Source: Eledone cirrhosa (Eukaryota). From it: a stretch of 64,000 nucleotides of DNA. A program made the translations under genes and the position numbers. Positions 24,911-39,630 of this stretch are shown here, in pieces. The notes beneath the pieces were generated by a model. The model saw only the letters and a list, made by a program, of their open reading frames with translations. It was not told the DNA's origin and searched no databases. The DNA lies in assembly GCA_964016885.1 (NCBI GenBank), contig OZ024740.1, positions 217,620,001 through 217,684,000 on the forward strand, in the 5' to 3' direction. Numbering within the stretch: position 1 is the stretch's first letter; the number at the start of each line of letters is the position of its first letter.

Positions 24911-25500
24911 GTGTAGAGGATGAGAGAGAGAAAGAAAGAGAGGAGATGAGAAAGAGAAAGGGCGTGAAGCGGATGGGGAGAGAAAGACAATAAGAAAAGA
25001 GAAAAGATGGGAGAGCCAAAAAAGTAAAGAGGCAGGAGAAAGGGAGGGTGATTGGAGGGATTATTTATCTAACGTGTGTCTGCGTTTATATATATATTTA
25101 CACACACTTATGTGATATGGGGGGGGGGGGGGGGGGGCGTTCTTTAGCAGACGTTATATGTTACCATCAAAGATTATTTTCTACGTACGTCTAAAGAAAT
25201 CAGATGCTTTTATATATTTATATATGTATGTATTTAACAGACGAAAAAAAAAAACGGTATTTTTAAAAGATATTATTTGAATATATTATTTTCCGCTGTT
25301 ATTTGAATTAACACAGAAAATATTTTTTTTGTAGTGTTTGTCGTTTTTTTTTTGGATACAATCTGAAATCCCAATATTTTCTACATATGTCTAAAATAAA
25401 TTACACCTAATATACATTCATATAAAGAGATCATTTAAAACAACTTTACTGAGTTGTTTCTATTTCGGAAAGAGTGTGGTGTGTAATAATATCACTTCAA

Positions 25501-28500
25501 ATGCCTAGAAAACGTTCCAGATCATTATATGGAAGGTCATCTTCAGAGGCTAAGAGAAAGAAAACACAGCGATCTGAAGAAAGTGAAGAAGTTCGGCGTG
25601 CCCGTCTAGCTGCTAACAGAGCCCAAACAGCGTTGGCACGAGCACACCATTTGGGAACAAAGGACTGCTGTTACACGAGAACAACAAATTAAGGAACAGC
25701 AGCAAATCAGACGAAATGCTAATCAAGAACATCGTTTCTACTGCCTGAGCAGGAGAACAAGCCACAAGTAAAATGAACTGGCTGATGGGTGCTTTTTCTT
25801 ATGACCCTCAAAAGGACTACAGCAGTAATCCACAAATCAAAATTGGCAAAATGAACAAATGCTGCCAGTATTGTGTTGCCAAGAAGTGGGCAGCAGAAAC
25901 ACCAAGTCTATGGTGCTCAAAAGGCAAAGTGAGCCTTAAAACAATACAAGAACCTCCTGAATTTCTGAAGAATCTGCTCCTTCAGGATACACCAGAAGCA
26001 CGACACTTCAATAAATACATCATAAAATATAATTCTGCCTTTCAAATGACATCTTTTGGGGCTGACAGGAATGTTATTGACTTTAGATTCTGTACAGTAT
26101 TACCACTTAATGGGTGGCGTTCTGCCTCTTTTACAGGAGTCTCACAAATTTGTGCAGGTTTACTTCATGGGTGGAAATGAAACAAAGGCACAACAAAGAT
26201 GTACCAATACCCATGGTGGATTGCAGTTCTACATAGTCATAATGTTACAAGAAATGCTTCACTAACATCATAAGTACGTCAGTGTATTTAAATATGCACT
26301 GGAACATATGAACAACATCAGAGATCTTAAAATCATCATTAGGGCAGATAAACACCCAGACTCAGAACATGAACGCAGATTCAATGCACCTGTCACTGAT
26401 GAAGTTGTAATCATAATGGTTGATGAAGAGTATGGACGACGTCACATTGTTTTACACAAACAAAGTGGACATTTGGAGCGAATTTGTGAAACTCATAGAG
26501 CCTATGATTCACTCCAATATCCGCTCATCTTTTGGAATGGTCAAGATGGATATCATTTTCGGCTACGGCAGATCAGCCCAGGAACGGGACAAGAAGCTGG
26601 CCGATCAATCAACTGCAAAGAATTCTATGCTTATCATTTCATGGTACGTGATCACTTCAACCAAGTTCTGCGATTCAAAGAAGTAACCAGCCAGTTCATG
26701 GTGGACATGTATGCCAAAATTGAAACAGAAAGATTGGGTTTTCTGGGAAGGATTCAGCTAAGTTGAGGGCAGATAACTACATCCACCTTAGAGATGCCAT
26801 CAATTCTGATGTTGACCCAAGAAATATTGGCCAGCCAGTCATACTAGATCTCTTCATTATATTTACATGCAATTCAAACTGGTCAGAAATATCAAATGAA
26901 TTTTTTTTAAATCAAAAACCAAAGGATCGACATAACCTTATTGCTCGGGTTTTCCATGAAAAGCAAAAACAACTCATCCTTCTCCTAAAAGAAGGAAGAA
27001 TCTTTGGTGAGCTTAGTGCTTGGATGACCACGTTTGAGTGGCAAAAGAGAGGTCTTCCTCACTCTCACACACTAATCTGGTGCAAGGAGAAGATAAGACC
27101 AGATGATGTTGATAAGATCATTTCAGCAGAGTTTACTGATAAAGGTGGTGATCCAGAGCTCTTTGAAACCATCAAGTCCAAACTCATTCATGGTCCATGT
27201 GGAGTCATCAATCCAGCCTCTCCCTGCATGAAAGATAAAAAATGCAGCAGACATTATCCTAGAGCTTTTATTCGGGAAACTCGTCGTACACAACAAAGTG
27301 TTGTGTAAACTTTTAAAAGCTCATATCATATGTTGAGTATTGCAGCTCCGTCAAGGCAATCCTATATGTCACAAAATTATCAACAAGGGCAGTGATATGG
27401 CTACCTTTATTACTGACAAAGAACTCAATGATGGTTGGCTGAATGAGGTCAAACGGTATGAAACATGTCGATACATCTCCAGCAATGAAGCTATCTGGCG
27501 AATCTTTGGATTTGATATCCACAAACGCCACCCAACAGTGGACACCCTCGCAGTCCACCTGGAAAATGGACAGAGAGTGTACTTCACTAAGATCACTGCT
27601 CATCAGTTGACACAAGCATCACATTACACTACACTAACTGCTTTCTTTAAACTCTGCCAGAATGATGTATTTGTTCGATCCCTCCTATATCCTGAAGTCC
27701 CAACATACTACACCGGGACCAATTGCAAGACCTGGAATCGAAGAAAGCAGGGTCATGAAGTCAAGTCAAGTGATGCTATTGGGCCTGTTTACAATGTCCA
27801 TTCCAACAACAGAGAATGTTTTTATTTACGGCTACTTCTGCATACTGTTCGAGGACCAACGTCATTTGAGGATCTTAGATGCTTCAGAGGAAGGGAGTGT
27901 GCAACATACCAAGAGGTGGACATTTCTTCATCGATGCTCCTGCTGGCACAGGTAAGACATTCCTCATAAACCTCCTGCTTGCAAAGGTTCGCTAAAAGCA
28001 ACATATTGCCCTTGCTGCGGCTTCAAGTGGCATTGCAGCAACACTTCTGTATGGAGGAAGAACTATCTCTGGCCCCGCTTTCAGCTGCTGAGCCTTACAA
28101 CCAACATGCGAGTGCACTTAACTGGTGACAAAGGTGTCAGTGAGTTTGCCATCCAACTACTTAAATTAGGAAATGGACTGCTTGAAAAGGACTCCAATGA
28201 CCATATTCAGTTGTCATTAGGCCATATCATTGACACAGAACAAGAACTGATTGCCAGAGTGTTTCCAAACATTCAGACCAGGCAATGTGATCCGAAATGG
28301 CTCTGTGAACGAGCAATCTTGGCACCTAAAAATGTTACTCTGAAAGAAATCAACAGAAGGCTGCTGGAGATGTTACTGGGAGAGAAAATAAGTTACAAAT
28401 CAGTTGACACAATCACTTCTCAAGACCATGTTGTAAACTATCCAACTGAATTTTTGAACAGTCTTGAACAAGCGGGAATTCCTCCACACAACCTGATACT

Positions 28501-28909
28501 GAGGCTTGGAGCATCGGTTATGCTACTTCGCAATCTGGATCCTCCAAAACTTTGTAATGGCACAAGACTCATCATCAAAAATATGATGTCCAATGTTCTA
28601 GAAGTTGCAATCATGTCAGGAAAATTTGCTGGTGAAAATTGTTTTATTCCAAGAATACCTCTGAAGCCAACTGATTTGCCATATGAATTTCAAAGACTTC
28701 AATTTCCGATCAGGTTCAGTTTTGCCATGACCATTAATAAATCTCAAGGGCAATCATTGAAAGTCGTTGGGTTGAATCTGGCAGATCCTGTCTTTTCACA
28801 TGGTCAACTCTATGTTGGCACAACAAGGGTTGGGAACCTTGATTGTCTCTTTATTGTGGCACCACAGGTCAAAACCAAGAATGTTGTTTATCCAGAGGCT
28901 TTGGAATGA
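25501..28909 (+). pseudogene. Helitron B RepHel pseudogene
   Basis: Fragmented ORFs: YDSLQYPLIF, VDMYAKIETERL, HUH motif, RYISSNEAIWRIF, helicase C-terminus. Confidence 0.85.
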
Positions 28910-29886
28910 GCAATGTCGTAATTCCTCATTCAATGACAATACACACACATCCTAATTTCTTAGTCATGTAGTTTGCAAGGAATTCTGAAGCCGCAAATTT
29001 ACTGCATGGTGTTACTTTGAAAGAATGTGCAGGCAGTCCCGGGTACCTCTGCTATATAAAGTAGTACAAGTAAAGACTTTGTTGGGTAGAAATAGCAGCC
29101 AAATTTCCTTCAAATTCCACCTTACTTTCTCAGCTATGTATATATGTATGAAGTAAAAAGGAATGGTCCTATGTGATAACTGGATCTACTAGAAATATTA
29201 GCAAAATCCATTTCAAATCACAAACAACTGTCTTACACTCATCCATGTGTGTGTATGTATCTATGTATGTCGTGTGAGCCACTATACCTGTTGGTATAGC
29301 TAATAGAAATAGAAAACAAATCTCCCTCAAACAAGATCCTACTGCCATAGAGACTAAGATTGGTGAAAGCTACAGTGTACAAATTTAAATACACTTTCCC
29401 CGAATTACAGAAATGTGTAAGTAAATGCTTCATTCAATCATAAACCAATGCTAAATTTATTTTCTTATTTTATTTATGGTTTTTAAAATAGTCTTTACAT
29501 GTTGTTTGAATTTCAGAGGTTCAGATTGAGCAAAAAAATAAAAAAAGAAAGAAAGAGAAGGACAAAGAAAAAAAATCTAGATATATTTTTTTGGTCATAC
29601 TCTGACAACATACCTAATGATTCATCTATGAGTAAAGCATTATATATGCTGACTGTAATAGGGAGCAGTATTTAAAAAAATCACCACTGGAAAAAACTAA
29701 TATTTTTATCGAGATGATTTACTTTGACCAAACGACAATAAATATTCTGCTATAATTCCTACTTTGGCTAAAATTCAGCAATCATATTTGAATGGTCAAA
29801 TATTTTGTAATGTGTGCCAAATATACTGTAATTTTCATAAAATACCCAGGTATCACCGGGTAGTTCAGCGAGTATATATATATATA

Positions 29887-30445
29887 TATATCATAAAACA
29901 TGTCTATAGAATCACCAGATAAAATATATACCGTTTCCTCTCCCAATTAGCATAATTAACCATATAAAAAATCGATTAGACCAAGCTATAAGAATAAAGG
30001 CTTCTATGAAGAAATCTTCGACAAATAACCGAAAGCAGCCCTTTGCGGCAGTTGCGACGGAGTATTTATCGACTTTTTCGACAGTGTGTGTAAATCGACC
30101 AGATAAACAATCAACCAAACATAATTAGGTGTAAAATAAACTAGGAGAAAAGTGAACATATTTAGTTACCTCTACCATGGTTTCGTCCGCATTTTAAGAT
30201 ATCCGATAACATCGGACATCTCGAGCACCGGACTCTTCAGGAGTTAGCTCAAATTTAGACAATTAATTTTCCAAAGTGATCGCGCCAAGAATATATTCAA
30301 AAATGGCTAAGAATCGTGACGTAGCAGCGGTCAGGTTAGAAAGAATGTGATTAGTTGCTTAAGGGTGGTGGCTTTTTGCTAGAAAGCGCAGCCCAATACA
30401 GCCAATATTGTATCTCAACCTAACGGGATTTTATTATATATAAAG

Positions 30446-30518
<73 letters not shown>

Positions 30519-30728
30519 GCAACGGGTCACTTTGTGGCTCAATGAAGAATTAATAAATTAAATAATCAGAGCTATATATCATAAAACATGTCTATAGAAT
30601 CACCAGATAAAATATATACCGTTTTCTCTCCCAATTACCAAAATAAACCATATAAAAAATCGATTAGACCAAGCTATAAGAATAAAGGGTTCTATGAAGA
30701 AATCTCCGACAAATAATCGAAAGCAGCC
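29887..30728 (-). mobile_element. Non-coding hammerhead-bearing element with ~155-bp direct repeats (29887-30040 and 30575-30728)
   Basis: Repeat ATATCATAAAACATGTCTATAGAATCACC...CGAAAGCAGCC, flanked by (TA)n/(GT)n. Confidence 0.55.
30167..30246 (-). ncRNA. Type I hammerhead ribozyme with extended stem II
   Basis: Minus strand TAACTC-CTGAAGA-GTCCG...[AGATGTCCGAT-GTT-ATCGGATATCT]...CGGAC-GAAA-CCATGG-TA-GAGGTA; GUA site. Confidence 0.8.
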
Positions 30729-30808
30729 TATATATGTATATATATGTATTTATATATTAAAAAATAAGTTGACAGTTACAATCTTTACTTAATTCTTAAT
30801 TGTGTTGT

Positions 30809-30946
<138 letters not shown>

Positions 30947-31622
30947 TGTGTGTGTAAGTATGCATCTAGGTACATAAACATAAACATAAATAAATACACA
31001 CAAACGCGCGCGCATATACACACATACATATATAGAAAGATATTTGTCCTCTGTTATATGTAGCTATTAAGTGTTTGAGGTCCACCGTTTGACTGCAGAA
31101 GTTGAAATTTAAATTCAGATATTTTGGGCGAGATTTCAATGTGTCATGGAAAAATATTTTAGGGAAAATCTACAAGAATTGTATTGAAACCTGATTGAAG
31201 AAATTACCATTAATTCATTAACATTTTCACTAACAAAGTATATATTGTCTAATCTTATGTTATAAATTGTTTACAAATCATTGTTTGTAAACACATTGAT
31301 TGACATGTGCAGGAAATTACTTTCAAATATAAATAACTTGGGAATTTGTTTCCCAAGCTATTGTAATATGTCACTGGTAAAGGTGGCACCCACATCTTCA
31401 AGGATATTTCGGGGTAAATGCTGGTTTCTTCAATGTAAAAATAAATTCAAAAGAAGTGAAAGTGAATAAATTAATGTTGTTTAATTAATTAATTCAGTTG
31501 ATCACGTTGAACAGGGATTATATAAAGCGTTCGTCTTAGACATTTTGTTAGACCTGTCCTTGTTTCGAACAAGATAACAACCATCACAAATCTATAACAG
31601 GAAGATAAACCAACTGACCACC

Positions 31623-31683
31623 ATGTTGTACGAAATTCTAGCAGTATTTGCAGCATTCTCATTCGTAAACTGCTACACCAACT
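31623..31683 (+). CDS. Exon 1 (signal peptide MLYEILAVFAAFSFVNCYTN), copy 2
   Basis: Kozak ATG, GTAAGT donor, TATA box at 31519. Confidence 0.88.
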
Positions 31684-32243
31684 GTAAGTAAATCATATTA
31701 CTATATTTTGTATATTTCTTGGTTTCTTTCTTCATATTATTATGATCTCTGAGTTACACACTCTATCGAGCAACGTTACTCCAGCCGACTGATTTTACAC
31801 CTGCCAGTCGTGATACCATTTACAACCCGGCTACGCATGTCAATCTTGTTCATAAAAGTAATGAACAGGAGAGGAGGCAGTATGCACCCTCAGCGGAATC
31901 CTTCTCTCTCATTTAATGGTATCGATTTAGCACCATTTGTCCGAAAATAAATTCCCCTCTATATTCGTATAGAGACATCAGAGAAGCAAGAAGCTGACAA
32001 TCGATCCCATACTCCTGTAGAACCTTCTACAGCAGGTTTCGACTAAAATGCTGCTTTTCAAAATATATTTTGAAATAATTCTAGTCTACATTAATATAAT
32101 CTGGACTATAACAGAAACAAGTGAACAAAATCTCTTCTGTTGGAGACTGTTTTATGGAATCAGAAGAAGATGGTAAAAAAATAATCATATTCTATTCTAA
32201 AGAAGGGAGTCTTTAACACTGTCTCTGCTCTTAATCAAGTGTA

Positions 32244-32366
<123 letters not shown>

Positions 32367-32951
32367 TTGGAGGTGATACGTGCACGTACACTGTTTTCCG
32401 ATAGATGTGTTAATACAAAGATATTATAATAGATTCAGGTGTCCATATGTCTGTCACATTTGTTGTAATTTACTAATGTAAGAAAATATTTTGAACTAGA
32501 AAAGGTGTTGCACTCAATATATAATAAGTTTTATTTAATATGAGTTTAAAACTCATTATCTTGTGAAACGACATAATATTTTTGAGGGCCCTGATTAGGA
32601 CAAGAAAAAAACATTAGATATTTTAAAGAAAAGAGTTAAACATTTACATCGTTAAGTAGTATATCTAATTGTTATAGATACAATAAAATAATACAACATT
32701 TTATGAACAAACAGAAATAATTATGATTGAAATCTAATTATCTTGCGAAACCCCAAAATGTTTTGAGGGACCTCACTGTGGAAAATACAGCATTAAATAT
32801 TTGAAATTGTTTACATTAATGCCAAGAAGTGTTTAACTATGATATCGTTAATTATTTTTATATCTAATTGTTATAGATTCTATACAAATAGAAAAATCAA
32901 TGATGTATATTAAAGCTATATATTGAGATGATAATGTTATTCTTTTTACAG

Positions 32952-34984
32952 ATGAATGTACCCATAATGGAAGAAGGTATGAAGGTGCATTTAGCATCGA
33001 CTGTAACACGTGTGTGTGTCTAGAAAGTGGACGAGCGCAGTGTTCAAATAAGATATGTGACTATGGACAACGATCAACATGTTGGTATGAAGGTAGACGT
33101 TACACAGTAGGACAGACAATCCAACAGTCATGTAATACATGTGTATGCAGAGCCAATGGTCAAATGGAATGTACAAAGAATACATGTCAGTGTACATATA
33201 AAGGACAAAATTACAATATTGGCCAGAGGTTTAATGAGGATTGCAACCAATGTGAATGTTTATCTAGTGGTATTGTACGGTGTTCTAACAAACAATGTCA
33301 ATGTTTTGCCAATGGAAGAACATATCCAGTGGGGGCTACCTTTCAAAGGGAATGTAACACTTGCAAGTGTGACATTAACGGCAGAATAGTGTGTACTGAC
33401 AACCTATGTAAATGTTTTGAAAATGGAAGATCTTACCCTATTGGTGCTACATTTAGCAAGGACTGCAATACATGCACATGTCAACAACATGGACAGGTCC
33501 GATGTACAAATAACCCGTGTCAATGTACACATAAAGGACAGGTTTATCAAGTTCGTCAAAGATTTAATGATGATTGCAACCAATGTGAATGTTTATCTAG
33601 CGGTACAGTGCAGTGCTCTAACAAGGCATGTCAATGTTTTGAAAATGGAAGATCTTACCCCATTGGTGCTACATTTAGCAAGGACTGCAATACATGCACA
33701 TGTCAAATAGATGGTCGTATACAGTGTACAAGCAACCCATGTACTTGCACCTACAACAATATGGCTTATAATTTCGGACAACAATTCAGGAAAGGTTGTA
33801 ACACCTGCACTTGTCAACAAAATGGACAAGTCCAATGTACAAATAACCCGTGTCAATGTACCTATAAAGGACAGGTTTATCAAATTGGTCAAAGATTTAA
33901 CGATGATTGTAACCAATGTGAATGTTTATCTAGTGGTACAGTGCAGTGTTCTAACAGGGCATGTCAATGTTTTGAAAATGGAAGATCTTACCCCATTGGT
34001 GCTACATTTAGCAAGGACTGCAATACATGCACATGTCAACAAAATGGACAGTTCCAATGTACAAATAACCCCTGTCAATGTACACATAAAGGACAGGTTT
34101 ATCAAATTCGTCAAAGATTTAACGAGGATTGCAACCAATGTGAATGTTTATCTAGTGGTATAGTGCAGTGCTCTAACAAGCCATGTCAATGTTTTGAAAA
34201 TGGAAGATCTTACCCCATTGGTGCTACATTTAGCAAGGACTGCAATACATGCACATGTCAACAAAATGGACAGTTCCAATGTACAAATAACCCCTGTCAA
34301 TGTACACATAAAGGACAGGTTTATCAAATTCGTCAAAGATTTAACGAGGATTGCAACCAATGTGAATGTTTATCTAGTGGTACTGTGCAGTGTTCTAACA
34401 AACCATGTAAATGTTTTGAAAATGGAAGATCTTACCCCATCGGTGCTACATTTAGCAAAGACTGCAATACATGCACATGTCAAATAGATGGTCGTATACA
34501 GTGTACAAACAACCCATGTACTTGCACCTACAACAATATGGTCTATAATTTCGGCCAACAAATCAGGAACGGTTGTAATACCTGCACTTGTCAACAAAAT
34601 GGACAGGTCCAATGTACAAATTACCCTTGTCAATGTACATACAACGGTAAACGTTATGATGTTGGTTCTATATTCTACAATGATTGCAACAAATGTCAGT
34701 GCCATGATGATGGAAGAGTCCAATGTGAACAGAAAATATGCTCCAAACCATGCGTATTCAACGGAAAAACCTATTCTGTAGGAGAATCGTTTAAAAATGA
34801 CTGCAATACATGTACATGTGGACAGTTTGGTCAAGTAGGATGTACTAAAATGTACTGTCCTAAAACATGCCAATACAACGGAAAAACCTACACAGCTGAC
34901 CAAATATTCAAGGCTCAAGATAATTGCAATACATGTCGATGTTCAGCTGGGTTGGTCAAGTGTACCAACTTAATATGTGGTCAA
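32952..34984 (+). CDS. Exon 2: 18 tandem pacifastin/VWC-like modules, copy 2; spliced protein 702 aa
   Basis: Same splice sites as copy 1; 333 nt (3 x 37 aa) longer; fully open frame. Confidence 0.93.
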
Positions 34985-35915
34985 GTGAGTATGGTTTTTA
35001 TTACTCTTTTATTGTCTCAAATATTAACAATTCTATCTTTCCTCTTATGTAATTTGTAGTCCTTTAGACACATTACATAAAGATATCATTACAATTTCCC
35101 TGTGTAATTACTGCTGTGATATAAGAAACAGGGGAACATCATCATTAGCATAGCTACCATTTAGTGAATGTTTGTTAGAGTATGACAGAGGTGATGGCAT
35201 TCATTCATTGCTCACTTGTGACCGATGAGATTAATTTTAATAATCTTTCACATAAATTGCTGCAAGTTGATGCCGGTAGGTATGACGGGAACATGGAGAA
35301 AATTCGAGAAGGCCGATATTCTCTGTAGGACAGGTAACGTGTAGACGGTTTCTGTGGATCCTGGAGGGCAGACACAATATGTGATAAGAAATGGAGATAC
35401 GATTGAATTGGAATTGTCTGAGTGGAGGTGACATGAAACCTGCCATCTTAGAAGCTCTATACCATTGTAGTAGCAGTAGAAAGGGTAATGAAATAAGTCA
35501 TTACGACAGTGATTAAGAGACTGGGGTGTGGCGTTAAACCGATTAGTCAAGAACATTTATCTGGATGTAGAACATCATATCTCCAGTCGTTTGTCAAAAT
35601 AGATGGCAATGTTATAGTCACTTTTATATAACTATGAAATATATATTCTCTTTCAAAGAAATGCTTCAGTAGGAATGTTATTGGACTTACCAACATTCTG
35701 GTTAAAGGTTCAAACGTTCACTGCTGTTTCGTTTAATTTCCAACTAAGGGAGTTAATTCAACGTAACTTCGTTCCTTTATTTATCGCTAATATATATGTA
35801 TATCGATATGTTAAGGAATTTTACCTATATCTAAATTGTTATATTTTGTAAGTCATTTATTTGATATTGTTTCAATATCAATAGTAATACAATATAAAAC
35901 TTTATTTCATTACAG

Positions 35916-35930
35916 ACTGGATACTACTAA
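35916..35930 (+). CDS. Exon 3 coding part (TGYY-stop), copy 2
   Basis: TTACAG/ACTGGATACTACTAA. Confidence 0.7.
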   Translation, partial: TGYY

Positions 35931-36329
35931 AGAACACAACAGGCTGCTTTCTGATTCGGGATAATTATGTTTCTGAATAATAATTGCAATTTTTGTGAAT
36001 AATAATTGCAATTTTTGTGAATAATAATTGTAAATTTTGTAAATAATAATTTAAATATCTTTTTAATAAAATAAACAAACATACAACAACAATTTATTGT
36101 TTTCCTAGATTCTTCTTCTTCTTATTATTATTATTATTGGTCTAATCGGACGACTTTTTGCTCGCTTCCGTAAGTTTCTTTATTTACCTGCCATAATTAT
36201 TTATTGTTAAATTTTTGTTGTTGTGTAAAGGATATAAGCCCTTGGACTTTGCCCTGTCAAGGGAAAAGTACAATATTTGGGCCTTTTGACCCAAATATTC
36301 GAACCTTTTACATTTAAAAATTATCGAAA

Positions 36330-37990
36330 AAAAAAACATGGCTGAGCCATGCGCCCAGCGATATGTCTGCTGACGTGCGACAACGACGCAAAAGTTGAGA
36401 GGAGGGTTACGCCGAACACAGAAATTGATACAACAAACACCACCACAAACAACGTGAACACAGACAGCAATGACAACAAGATTGAGAACACTAATAAAAA
36501 GAAAATGACCACACAAACCACAACAGTAACAGCGACAACCAAAATACAGACAACAGAAAAAATGACAACAAATGCAACAACAATATTAACACCACTAACA
36601 TGAAAACAAATAGCGACAACACCAACAGCAATGATACAAATTGTACCGAGAACAACAACAACGGCAGCAGCAAAGACATAACCAACTGCAAAGTGATAAC
36701 AGCAACAACACCAACAACATCATTTGTAGCAACAGCAACAGCACAAACAACAAGACCAGTAGCAGCAGTAGTGGCGGCAACAATGATGCCAATGAAAAAG
36801 GGACCATCTCTTTTGCAAAGGTGGCTCGCAACGTAGAAACGGTCCTGGTCACAGAGGAGGAGATGGCGTTCGCAAGACACATGATAACCAGAACTGAATT
36901 TTCAGTGTCCTTGATACCACCAACCGACTTCCTGGGGGAACAAGAGCGACGCACAGTGTCATACCGCACGATTGCCACGAAATCACGTCGTGTGGATAGA
37001 GTCTCGGAGGCCCAAATCCAGAAGGCCTTGGAAAATGTGTGGTCGCGGAAAACCCACATCACCTGAGGCAAGAAATATGCTACTGTGGACCTTCTATTTG
37101 GTACCACCAAGGAAGAAAAATCAACCTACGAAGTGATGACATAATGTTAGTCCCGTTTTACTGCGGGAAAAAAATTGCAACGGTCAGGGTAGCCCAGGTT
37201 CCGCCCTACGTACCCGTGCCTTGGCTGGTCGTTACTGTTCTTGCAGGTACAGAAGTTGGGGAGAGAGGATTGGTCAGGTATTGCATCAGCGCTATTCCCG
37301 ACGTTATAGACTTCTGGAATGGCTCCCAAGTTCCCATATCAGTAGAAGGCAGGTGCCCAAAGTGCTTCAACTATGGATCGAAGTCTCACCTCAAGACCTT
37401 CTGTCCAGAGAAAATAACAAAGGCGAAGTTTCCACCACCCCCTCTTCCAATGCCGGAACCCCTGCCACCAGAAACAGAGCAGTCAGCGAAAAAGTGGGGA
37501 GCTTCCACAGAGAATAGGAAGACAACGTCCGTAGCACCCACACCAAAGCCACGGACAACAAAAACAGCGGCGGCAGCTGCATCAACAGAACCAGATTCCA
37601 CCACCACAAACAACAACAAAGACAAAAGAGAGGGTAGAACTCAGACCCCTCCCCGACCTCTCACAGTCGGACATGGAGTCTGAGGTGGCTGAGGAGTGGA
37701 AAACGGTTGTCAAAAAACAAAAAAACAAACAAACGCAAAAACACCACAGCTTCTCCCTCCAAAAGCGAAAGCAAAAAAGAGTGGTAAAGGCTGTCAGGAG
37801 ACTTGAAGCAACACCACCACCATCACCACCACATGCATCACCACCAACAACAACAACCACACCTCCACCAACATCACCACAAACAGCAACATCGCAAACA
37901 CAACAAAGCACACACACCCAACAGCAACAAAACCACGCCTCCCCCAAACTGCCCAAACGGGATTCCTCCAATAGATCTTCGGAGTAACGT
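36330..37990 (+). mobile_element. Tx1/L1-like ORF1 remnant, unit 2
   Basis: Copy of 6200-7860. Confidence 0.65.
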
Positions 37991-38813
37991 TACTCGATAG
38001 AGTGCATATCTTGGAGATCAGAGCTTCACTCCAGGCAGAGCCGCTACTTCTCCTAATTTATCACAGCTCTGATACTATGGACATGTGGTTACAATGTCTC
38101 AAGGAAGAATCGCTGGACAGATTTTACGAAAAAAAATCAACCGGCAGTAGACCCAAGCAAGATAGTTGGATAACATCCAAGAGCTTGGCTGGTCTCGCTT
38201 GGAGATCCAGCCGGATCAGTTGGAAACGGTTGCTTCCAACAGCACCCGCTGGAATGAGTGTTTGAGGACTCAGCCCCCACTATCCTCTTTCTTGATACTT
38301 GTACATTATTCTATGTATTAAACATGCACCTTTGATGAGTTGTGGTACACCTGAGCACTGTACACAATAATTTCATTATTATTTTAATATTACATTCCTA
38401 ACAATTTCACGTTCGAAACCCCCTTCAGGGGTGTCCGACCCTTAAAAATCAACAAAGGTGATACCTGTGATAGTGCAGTTTGAGAGGATCTTGTGTGTGA
38501 ACTTGCTGAAAGTAACGGGCATGTTTTGATCTTGTTAGATCTCATCAGCGAAGAATATTCACTTTGCAACTTGGCCTAATAAAGATATGGGTAAAGTGTA
38601 ATATTTTGGTTAGCTAATGAAGGAGATTCTACGTGGTCTTTAAACAACTAGAAATAGCAGCTAAATTTCCTTCAATTCTCATGCTACTGTCGTAAAAAAA
38701 GACATTATATAAGGTAGTTTTAAACACACTACTCCGCTAGGAATACCTGTGAATATCGGTCTGTTCGACCAGGGGTTGTCTTAGAGCTAAACAGTAACAT
38801 TAGCAACAACACC

Positions 38814-38847
<34 letters not shown>

Positions 38848-38884
38848 GCTACTACTACTACTACTACTACAACTACCACTACCA

Positions 38885-38919
<35 letters not shown>

Positions 38920-38980
38920 ACTACTACTGCTGCTGCTGCTACAACAACAACAACAACTACTACTACTACTACTATTATTA

Positions 38981-39015
<35 letters not shown>

Positions 39016-39033
39016 TCTACAACAAGAACAACA

Positions 39034-39082
<49 letters not shown>

Positions 39083-39557
39083 TCACCACCACAGCCACCA
39101 CCATCACCACTGTTGGTTTGAGAGCAGAGGAAATCTCATAAGGACCTGCAGAACCCTACTTTAGATAAGACTTAAATATAACTCCTCAAGATTAGGGAAT
39201 GGAAATACCTTTTAAATGTCGCTTTTAATAATTCTTATTTGTTAAAAGGAAGTTTCGGTACCAAGGTCATTAAATATCCATTTATCAGGATTCGTACATT
39301 GCTTAATTAGACCTGGATAACTAGTAGAATGTAATTTCTATTTTATCATTTATACTCCTCTGCTAACCAGTAAATTTCAAAATGGCGTCACAATGATTTG
39401 ATAACAAACAGCTTTTCAGCCATACCAAATATAAATTGACAGACTTATACAGACTGTTCGTCTCGCTGATGAGTGCACAATTGCATGAAACTGGAGCCAT
39501 ACAACTCCGAGAAGAAACGGTAATATATTATAGAAATCAAACTTTTACGCATCAATG

Positions 39558-39630
<73 letters not shown>

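Larger units (their letters stand above)
22465..29872 (+). mobile_element. Helitron B (near full-length RepHel, degenerate), head-to-tail with Helitron A
   Basis: Same 5' end directly after CTAG of A. Rep fragments FIIFTCN and EWQKRGLPHSHTLIW (HUH), helicase C-terminus at 28106-28909, 3' end with imperfect hairpin and CGAG. Confidence 0.88.
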
